Source: Nitrospirales bacterium (GTDB lineage: Bacteria > Nitrospirota > Nitrospiria > Nitrospirales > UBA8639). From it: a stretch of DNA of 64,000 bases. The stretch covers positions 1,632,001 to 1,696,000 of the forward strand of contig CBDCWC010000002.1 of NCBI GenBank assembly GCA_965223295.1. Direction: 5' to 3'. Positions within the stretch are counted from its first letter, which is position 1; each line of letters opens with the position of its first letter. The notes below the pieces were generated by a model. That model had not been told where the DNA came from. It did no database searches and worked only from the letters and a program-made list of their open reading frames with translations. A program made the position numbers and the translations under genes. Shown piece after piece: positions 56,771 through 64,000 of this stretch.

Positions 56771-58744
56771 ATGCCTGAAAAATTTTATGTCACAACCCCC
56801 ATCTATTATGTCAACGATGTGCCGCATATCGGCCATGCTTATACGACTATTGCTGCCGATGTTTTAGCTCGATTCCATCGTTCACAAGGGCATGAAGTCT
56901 TTTTTCTTACCGGCTTAGACGAACATGGACAAAAAGTTCAGCAAGCCGCCGCCAAAGCTGGCATTGATCCACAAACCCATTGTGATCGACTGATGCCAAC
57001 ATTCAAGAATTTGTGGACCACACTCAATATTTCACAGGATGGGTTTATTCGCACCACCGACCGCCAACACCAATCGGTTGTTCAAAACTGCTTACAGGAC
57101 CTGTACGACAAGGGTTTAATTTACCAAGCCGAGTATTCTGGATGGTACTGCACCTTCGACGAACGATTTTGGACAGAGAAGGATATCCAAGAAGGCCTTT
57201 GTCCAGATTGTCAACGGCCTGTGGAACAGGTCAGCGAGCGGAATTATTTTTTCCGCATGAGCCAATTTCAGGATCGCCTCAAAGAGCATATACAGACTCA
57301 TCCCAGATTTATTCAGCCCGACTCTCGCCGCAATGAAGTGTTAGGCTTTTTACAAAAACCGCTTGAAGATCTTTCTATTTCACGCCCTAAGTCGCGCCTC
57401 TCCTGGGGCATTGAATTACCTTTTGACCATGATTGTGTGGCCTATGTATGGTTTGATGCCTTAGTTAATTATTTCTCCGCTTTAGAATATCTCTCTTCAC
57501 AACCAAACGCCTCAGCATTCTGGCCTGCCTCAGTTCATTTAGTTGGCAAAGATATTCTCACGACACACGCAGTCTATTGGTCCACAATGCTCATGGGCCT
57601 GGAGCGGCCTCTCCCTCAATCCATTTTTGCTCATGGCTGGTGGACCGTGGAAGGGGAGAAGATGTCGAAAAGCCGAGGGAATGTCGTCGACCCTTATGCC
57701 ATGGTAAAAGAATTCGGCACCGATGCGTTTCGCTATTTTCTCTTACGCGAAGTGCCATTCGGCCAAGATGGCGACTTTTCGCTACAGACCTTTCACAGCC
57801 GATATCAAGCTGAACTGGCCAATGACCTGGGCAATCTTGTCTCCCGCACTCTGGCCATGCTGGGCAATTTTTCTAACAATACAGTTCCCCTCTCTGCTGT
57901 GCAAACTGAAACAGAATTGGACCGCCAACTCCAACACACGGCATCCACGCTTTCCGAGACGACTGCCGACCACCTCCATCGATTGGAATTTCATCGAGCT
58001 CTTGAAGCGATTTGGGGACTGGTCCAAATGGCTAATCAATATATTGACAAAACAGCTCCATGGCTCCTTGCTAAGGATCCAGCAAACACTCCAAGACTGC
58101 AAACTGTATTGTTTCACCTTGCCGAAACACTTCGTTTTATTGCCTTTTCGCTTTCACCTTTCATGCCCCACACCGCAGAGAGTATGAAAAGCCGGTTGGG
58201 TCTAACAAAAAATGGTTCAAGTTCCACAACACAGGACTATCCTGCGTGGGGTTCGTTCATCTATACCAACCCTGTCAGTAAAGGAACATCCCTGTTCCCT
58301 AAGAAAGACCCCCCTGCCACCCGTGATAAGGCTTCCCAATCATCGGCAGCTCTTACTCCTTCACCGGCTAGAACACAACACAAAGAGACGTCAGCAACGC
58401 CTTCGCTGCCCAACGATGCAGAACTCATCGGAATCAATGAGTTTATGAAAGTCCAACTCAAGGTAGGAAAGGTTCTTGAAGCCGAGCGGGTACCAAAATC
58501 TTCGAAGCTCTTAAAGCTGCAAGTTGATATTGGAACAGAACAGCGTCAGATTGTGGCAGGTATCGGGAAGAAATACGAACCAGAAAATCTAATAGGAAAA
58601 ACAATCGTCGTTGTGGCGAACCTGAAGCCAGCCAAGCTCATGGGCATTGAATCCCAAGGCATGGTGTTGGCAGCTGGAGAAAGCGACAAGCTTGGACTAC
58701 TCAGCATATCCGAAGATCTACCTCCTGGAACCAAGATCAAATAA
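56771..58744 (+). CDS. metG: Methionine--tRNA ligase with C-terminal tRNA-binding domain
   Basis: TTPIYYVN..PHIGHAY, YVWFDAL, KMSKS, C-terminal OB fold (NLKP..LMG.ESQGM). Confidence 0.97.
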   Translation: MPEKFYVTTPIYYVNDVPHIGHAYTTIAADVLARFHRSQGHEVFFLTGLDEHGQKVQQAAAKAGIDPQTHCDRLMPTFKNLWTTLNISQDGFIRTTDRQHQSVVQNCLQDLYDKGLIYQAEYSGWYCTFDERFWTEKDIQEGLCPDCQRPVEQVSERNYFFRMSQFQDRLKEHIQTHPRFIQPDSRRNEVLGFLQKPLEDLSISRPKSRLSWGIELPFDHDCVAYVWFDALVNYFSALEYLSSQPNASAFWPASVHLVGKDILTTHAVYWSTMLMGLERPLPQSIFAHGWWTVEGEKMSKSRGNVVDPYAMVKEFGTDAFRYFLLREVPFGQDGDFSLQTFHSRYQAELANDLGNLVSRTLAMLGNFSNNTVPLSAVQTETELDRQLQHTASTLSETTADHLHRLEFHRALEAIWGLVQMANQYIDKTAPWLLAKDPANTPRLQTVLFHLAETLRFIAFSLSPFMPHTAESMKSRLGLTKNGSSSTTQDYPAWGSFIYTNPVSKGTSLFPKKDPPATRDKASQSSAALTPSPARTQHKETSATPSLPNDAELIGINEFMKVQLKVGKVLEAERVPKSSKLLKLQVDIGTEQRQIVAGIGKKYEPENLIGKTIVVVANLKPAKLMGIESQGMVLAAGESDKLGLLSISEDLPPGTKIK

Positions 58745-58767
58745 AAGAAATACGGCTCAGTTATACC

Positions 58768-60168
58768 TCAATAGGCCTCTTTATGAATGAACCCTTTCCA
58801 CAGGGTGAGAAACATGATTTTTACATCCAACCATAACGACCAATTTTCAATGTAATAGATATCATGAGCCAACCGTGTTTCCCATGAGGTACTCCCGCGA
58901 AATCCATTCACCTGAGCCCATCCGGTTATTCCCGCCTTCATTTTATGCCGTAAGTTGTATTGAGGAAATTGCTCGCGAAATGTTTGAATAAATTCAGGAC
59001 GCTCTGGACGTGGCCCGACAATGCTCATTTCTCCCATCAAGACATTCCAAAACTGCGGCAATTCATCCAAGCTGGTTTGGCGAAGAATTTTTCCGATTCC
59101 TGTACAGCGAATATCCCCTGGTCGAGCCCAAATCGGGCCTGTTGCTGATTCAGCATCTATCTGCATTGTCCGGAATTTAATGATTTCAAAGGACCTCCCG
59201 TCTAAACCCACGCGCTTCTGACGGTACAACACAGGTCCCGAAGAGGTCAGAGCAATAAGCAGTGCAATAAGACCCATTAGCGGCGAGGTGAGAACAAGGG
59301 CAATCAGAGACCCACAGACATCAAAACATCGTTTCAGAAAGACATTCCAGCCATAAAGAGGTGAGCCCTGCAAGGTAATAATTGGAAGGCCACCAAACAC
59401 TTCGGCTTCGGCTCTCAACGTAATAAACTCATAGATCGAAGGGATCACCTTAACCTCAGCCGTCAGACCAGAAAGAATATTCATCAATCGTTCCGCTTCA
59501 CCTTCAACATTCGGGGGTAAACATAAAAACACGACATCCGCCTGCCGATTCAATAATTCCTTCGCTTGCTGGAATGAGCCAATTACTGGCACCCCTTGCA
59601 ACATTTGTCCAACCTTAGACTCATTTCTGGACAAATATCCACGAACATTCATGCCTAATTCTGGATGAGCCTTGAGTGTTTGAACTAACCGTAGGCCTAA
59701 GGATCCCGCACCAACCACGACCACATGGCGCTGGTTATACCCTAATCGACGAAGGAGCCGTAACACTTCACGAAACACCATTCGTGAAAAACCCAACACG
59801 ACTAAATTAAACACCCAAAAATAAAGAATGACCAATCTGGAAAATTCAAAGGTTTTCATGAAAAATGACAAAGCCACGAGGATTAAAATACACAGTGAAT
59901 TGGCTTTGGCTAAATCCACAAATTCAGCCAAATGAGACCCCATCCTACGTGGACGATATAAATTTAACGACGAGAAACAGATGCCCCAAACAAGAATAAT
60001 CGGAAACAGCAGCCACAAGTACGGCTCGATTGGCGGAATCCCTTTCGTCACCGGGAAGAGAACACCGGAAAACCGGAAGAAATACGCTGCAAGCCAGCAG
60101 CCGGAAATGAGAAGAAGATCAGAAAGGAAAAGAAGATTTTTGAAAAACTCAGAATGGCGCTTTAACAT
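58768..60168 (-). CDS. wcaJ: Undecaprenyl-phosphate glucose phosphotransferase (WcaJ-like priming glycosyltransferase)
   Basis: N-terminal TM helices, VGAG, KR..D, KFRTM, SLDELPQF.NVL.G.MS.VGPRPE, GITGWAQVNG. Confidence 0.88.
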   Translation of the reverse strand: MLKRHSEFFKNLLFLSDLLLISGCWLAAYFFRFSGVLFPVTKGIPPIEPYLWLLFPIILVWGICFSSLNLYRPRRMGSHLAEFVDLAKANSLCILILVALSFFMKTFEFSRLVILYFWVFNLVVLGFSRMVFREVLRLLRRLGYNQRHVVVVGAGSLGLRLVQTLKAHPELGMNVRGYLSRNESKVGQMLQGVPVIGSFQQAKELLNRQADVVFLCLPPNVEGEAERLMNILSGLTAEVKVIPSIYEFITLRAEAEVFGGLPIITLQGSPLYGWNVFLKRCFDVCGSLIALVLTSPLMGLIALLIALTSSGPVLYRQKRVGLDGRSFEIIKFRTMQIDAESATGPIWARPGDIRCTGIGKILRQTSLDELPQFWNVLMGEMSIVGPRPERPEFIQTFREQFPQYNLRHKMKAGITGWAQVNGFRGSTSWETRLAHDIYYIENWSLWLDVKIMFLTLWKGFIHKEAY

Positions 60169-61310
60169 AGGAGGGACTGACGAAATTGCTGATAAGTCGT
60201 CATAATCACCTGATGGATTTGTTCTTGAAAATATTGTTTGTCAAAACGTTGAACATGTGCTCGGATAGCCTGAGGCCGGAACATGCTTCTCTTAGATTCG
60301 AACAAGGTAATGGCCTCACTCAGCGCATTTTCCGTCTGCTCATAAAAAAACACCCCCGTTGGGGAAGAGGCTTGTTCGGTTTGAATTTTAGGATTGATGG
60401 GAATGACCGTTTCCAACACTCCTCCTTTCCCATAAGCGATCACCGGCTTTCCGCTTGCCATTGCTTCTAACGGCACAATACCAAAATCCTCTTCACCTGG
60501 GAAGAGGAGCGCTGTGCATTTTCTGTAAAACTCTCGAACATCCTCATCTGTTTTCCACCCTAAGAATTCCACAGTGGGACCGGCCAGTTTTTGTAATTGT
60601 TTTTCTTCTGGTCCCTTCCCGATTATTTTCAAGGATATTTTCAATCGGGTCGCGATATTAATAGCTATATCGACGCGTTTATATGGAACGAATGCTGTCA
60701 CCATCAAATAGAAACCTTCATCACATTCAGAGGTCGACAATTCCTGCCAATCGACAGGAGGATACACAACAATTGCTTCACGTCCATAATAGTGTTTGAT
60801 ACGCTCAGCAACATTCTGAGAATTGGCCACAAACGCATGAACGTGAGTATTGGACTTGACATCCCACTTCTGAAGTCGTTTTCGAAAAACGGCCATGGCC
60901 AGTTTCTCAAGACTACAACATGCCTTTTGCTCAAAATACTGGTCATGGGCATCCCAAATATACCGCATAGGTGTATGAATATAGGATATGTGACACGTCC
61001 CCTTAGGAACCGAGATACCTTTTGCCACACAATGACTGGAACTCACAATTAAATCGAATTCCTGAAAATCAAACGATTGTATCGCCCTGGGGAATAGGGG
61101 AAGGTAATAACGATACTGTCTTTTGACAAATGGAAGAATGTTTAAAAAACTTGGAATGATATGATGGCGTTCAATTGTTGGTGAAACACTTCCTTGAACT
61201 TGAATAAGCGTGTAAATTGGAGCGTGAGGAAAAAGTTCACACAAGGCCTCCAAGCAACGCTCGCCCCCACGCATTCCCGTCAGCCAATCATGGACCAGCG
61301 CCACCTTCAC
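60162..61310 (-). CDS. Glycosyltransferase family 4
   Basis: KVALVHDWL..RGGE, HTPMRY.WD, EDFGIVPLEAMASGKPVIA. Confidence 0.92.
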   Translation of the reverse strand: MKVALVHDWLTGMRGGERCLEALCELFPHAPIYTLIQVQGSVSPTIERHHIIPSFLNILPFVKRQYRYYLPLFPRAIQSFDFQEFDLIVSSSHCVAKGISVPKGTCHISYIHTPMRYIWDAHDQYFEQKACCSLEKLAMAVFRKRLQKWDVKSNTHVHAFVANSQNVAERIKHYYGREAIVVYPPVDWQELSTSECDEGFYLMVTAFVPYKRVDIAINIATRLKISLKIIGKGPEEKQLQKLAGPTVEFLGWKTDEDVREFYRKCTALLFPGEEDFGIVPLEAMASGKPVIAYGKGGVLETVIPINPKIQTEQASSPTGVFFYEQTENALSEAITLFESKRSMFRPQAIRAHVQRFDKQYFQEQIHQVIMTTYQQFRQSLLC

Positions 61311-61612
61311 ACGTTACTCTCTTGAAACACTCTAGAAATCCGTCACCTCGTCAATACCACCAATACTTCCTGATTTGTGCAACCCAAGTTACAAGATTCA
61401 GCATCCTCACATCATCATCTGCCTTAATCTTGCTGATCGCAACAGGAATGTCGTGCAGCGTGGTGGGATACACAAGCAAACAGATAATCTCAATTATTTT
61501 TGTCATGATTCCGGATGTCGCCGCCGTGTTGAGACGACCACAAGGCGAAGGCACGAGGAGCGGTCGTTAAACCCTTTCAAACACGCAGCAGATAGACACA
61601 TCATTGGAGATT

Positions 61613-62185
61613 TCAAAAATCTGATAAGAACTGAAGTGACTGGGCAGACTTGGAAAGACCTTTATGCGATCTGCCCATCAACACAAGATTCTCAACCTTG
61701 ACACCTAACTGAGAAAGACGTTCAACCTTTTCTTCAACTCCAACAACAGCTGCGATAATCATGAGCTCGTGGCAGTCTTGATAGTCTTTCAAAGGCAAAA
61801 CAGGGATGACCCAGGGCTTCCACCTTGGACATTCATCATAAATAGCCGTAACCCTGACTGGCAGTTCATAAGATAGATCATACAGGATCTCAGCTATTTC
61901 ATTGACACCATACACCGAGACTTTTGTAATCCTCTGGTCCGCCAGGCACAATAAGGTTTGTCGGCATTGTTCAACGGCAAATCGGTTATACTCCTGCATA
62001 CTGGCAAGAAACTCACCTATTTTCTGAACCTTTTCACCAACCTCTCCTGGGTGCTTGAGGCTTCTTCGGAATTTTGTGAGCTTAATGTACACCTCCCTAA
62101 ATAAAAGAGTGACAAGCGTTTTAAAAAGTAAAAGACTCGATAGAAGCCGGAAAAAAATCTGGCGAGGCCATGGCAACATAACCAC
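61613..62185 (-). CDS. Hypothetical protein; C-terminal half resembles a Rossmann-like sugar-pathway domain
   Basis: AGGAGG RBS; VSVYGVNEIAEILY...V.AIYD..., IIAA, L..LGV. Confidence 0.6.
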   Translation of the reverse strand: MVMLPWPRQIFFRLLSSLLLFKTLVTLLFREVYIKLTKFRRSLKHPGEVGEKVQKIGEFLASMQEYNRFAVEQCRQTLLCLADQRITKVSVYGVNEIAEILYDLSYELPVRVTAIYDECPRWKPWVIPVLPLKDYQDCHELMIIAAVVGVEEKVERLSQLGVKVENLVLMGRSHKGLSKSAQSLQFLSDF

Positions 62186-62513
62186 TACCTCCTATTTATT
62201 GAGGTTCGACACATATTTTCTACCTTGCTCTATGCGTGTTTCAGCATCGCCAAAACCAGCAGCAAGCATCTATTTTCTGTAACCGTCAGTCACATATTCA
62301 AAGACGGTACTCTAGAAACCTCCTGCTAGGATTTTCACTTTACCGAAGTGAATGTCGTTTCAAACTCAACGAGCGAGATGAACCGAGTTACTAATAGCAA
62401 CCAACAAGAACTCAGGACAAAAAAAGTTTTCTAGCCAACCCCAAAGCACATATTGAAAACCGTCTAACAAAAATTGATGCCATGTTTTTTTATAGCAAAT
62501 TCAGTCGCAGTCC

Positions 62514-63476
62514 TCAGCAAAATATTTTATCCGTAATACTCCAGTACTCAAGCACATCATGAGGAAACGGGTGCTCATCTTCAAATGCTTGAGCCATAAC
62601 GGAATACCTTTCAATATCCCGATTATACAACAATCGCCAGTCAGCTATATATTGATGAAGATCACTGATCCATCCTTTCTTTTGGACATCCACCTGCGTA
62701 CAAGATGATGAGATTCTTGAAGTATCATGCGTTCCTAGGGAAATCGTGGCTCGTCCTACCTGGAGCCCAGCCACAATTCGCATAAGAGACAGCCAACGCC
62801 ATCCCTCTCGTTGCGGAATATTCAGGATCAACTTACTTGACTGGTTTAATGTATTCCGACGGCGACGAGAAACATACGAGTTGGGATATACCACCGACAC
62901 ACATTCTCCAGCTAACAAATTCAGAATTTTCTCACGATAATTGGTAATTCCCCCAGTAAACACAAAGTCGCTAAGAGATTTCGTAGAAAGACTAATATCT
63001 GTGTTCTCATCACTTTCAAGTCTGGGAAAGGGAATTGAACGGACTTCAAGACCTGGAAGCATAGTTGAAATATTCTTTAACTCTGGCAAGTCGCCCAATA
63101 CAAAAAAACAACGGATATGGGGCAGACACTCTAGAAGATGTTTAACTCTAGCCAACACTGTCACGCGATGAATATAATCGTTCTTGCTGCCGAGGGGAGC
63201 GCCGTGAAAAAATACCTGACCTTGTTCGAAATCCAGATGCTCTGTCATGATCACTGCGACTCGCTTTCGCGTAGACCGGCAGAACTCTAATAAAACATCC
63301 CTGGTTCGAAACGAAAAGTTTTCAATAACTACGTTCAGGCAGGAAGGATGTGGACGGCGGCCCAGCGACACTCTATAACCATGCTGCTGGAAACCCCGAA
63401 CAAAAAAGCTAATCTGATCACTGACACCAAAAAGGAAATGGTTATAGAGCCAGAGATGGATTCGTGGCCTCTTCAC
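62514..63476 (-). CDS. Hypothetical protein, possibly GT-B-fold, in polysaccharide locus
   Basis: 320-aa ORF with DFVFTG..T.YR..IL...SKLILNI...S.MRI, a pattern similar to glycosyltransferase C-domains. Confidence 0.6.
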   Translation of the reverse strand: MKRPRIHLWLYNHFLFGVSDQISFFVRGFQQHGYRVSLGRRPHPSCLNVVIENFSFRTRDVLLEFCRSTRKRVAVIMTEHLDFEQGQVFFHGAPLGSKNDYIHRVTVLARVKHLLECLPHIRCFFVLGDLPELKNISTMLPGLEVRSIPFPRLESDENTDISLSTKSLSDFVFTGGITNYREKILNLLAGECVSVVYPNSYVSRRRRNTLNQSSKLILNIPQREGWRWLSLMRIVAGLQVGRATISLGTHDTSRISSSCTQVDVQKKGWISDLHQYIADWRLLYNRDIERYSVMAQAFEDEHPFPHDVLEYWSITDKIFC

Positions 63477-64000
63477 TGAGAACCCTGCTTCAGACTTTTG
63501 GCCTGATCAGCAAAAGTTTCTCCAGTAGAAGTTCCCTGATCTTCAACGTTTACAAAAGATAAAATTTCCGCCTGAATCTCCACAATCGAAAAACCCGAAA
63601 AGAAATATTTATATTGTTTGTTTTGTAATTTTTCTCTCAGAAACGGACCGTCTTTAGCCAGAATCCCAAAAAATTCATTTCCTTGCCGAAAGATATTGAA
63701 TCCATGGAAGCCCTCCACGATAAGGAGGACAGGCCTTAGCCTTTCCTCCTCAGGATTAAATGGCATTGATGTGGAACTGCTTGCAGTGTTGATATCACTA
63801 AGAACCTGAGCAACAGATTTCGCTGAGAAACATGAAGAATAACCACCAGACTTGGCTTTCTCTAAAATAAATTCGCCTTCGTGCTGGAGTATCGCGTAAT
63901 AACAATCTCTGTAACGGATTACGTTATAACCCGAAACTCCACGGTGTAGGAGCTCGATATCAGGTTCAATAGTCCATTTACCTTTAAATTTGCCGAGATA
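63473..64000 (-). CDS. 3' part of a polysaccharide-locus protein with two tandem ~60-aa repeats (start outside window)
   Basis: Frame is open from base 64000: ...ELLHRGVSGYNVIRYRDCYYAILQHEGEF..EK....Y..CFSA.S / LLIVEGFHGFNIFRQGNEFFGIL..DGPF..EK....Y.YFFSG.S. Confidence 0.75.
   Translation of the reverse strand, partial: YLGKFKGKWTIEPDIELLHRGVSGYNVIRYRDCYYAILQHEGEFILEKAKSGGYSSCFSAKSVAQVLSDINTASSSTSMPFNPEEERLRPVLLIVEGFHGFNIFRQGNEFFGILAKDGPFLREKLQNKQYKYFFSGFSIVEIQAEILSFVNVEDQGTSTGETFADQAKSLKQGSQ

Noticed and set aside
45967-58744. uppP-rfb-glmSU and tmk-holB-metG as novel systems
   Set aside because: These are ordinary conserved housekeeping and envelope genes with canonical motifs.

Overview
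Bacterial chromosomal window of moderate GC. Gene content and the intergenic repeat family suggest Nitrospirota (Nitrospirales), which is an inference and not a database result. The left ~39 kb is accessory, signalling and stress DNA: an exosortase-type N-acyltransferase divergent from a methyltransferase, a TonB receptor, a four-gene signalling cluster (stand-alone receiver, Rossmann-fold histidine kinase, Cache/HAMP histidine kinase, single-heme DUF3365 protein), two paralogous MarR-led redox/detox operons, a decayed diheme cytochrome c peroxidase, fumarase, a copper oxidase/TolC module and a multi-PAS hybrid kinase. The right ~25 kb is mostly core and envelope genes: thiD, malic enzyme, uppP, rfbBACD, glmUS, tmk-holB-metG and the end of an EPS locus. 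Non-coding structure includes a three-copy MITE-like family (one copy with a nested insert), a second MITE with perfect TIRs and a 4-bp target duplication, REP-like hairpins, a 6x10-bp tandem repeat in a marR leader, and candidate sigma28 and sigma54 promoters. I saw no rRNA, tRNA, CRISPR array or transposase. The best candidate for an undescribed system is the dual-kinase/heme-c cluster at 5994-10772. All product calls come from motif recognition by eye.
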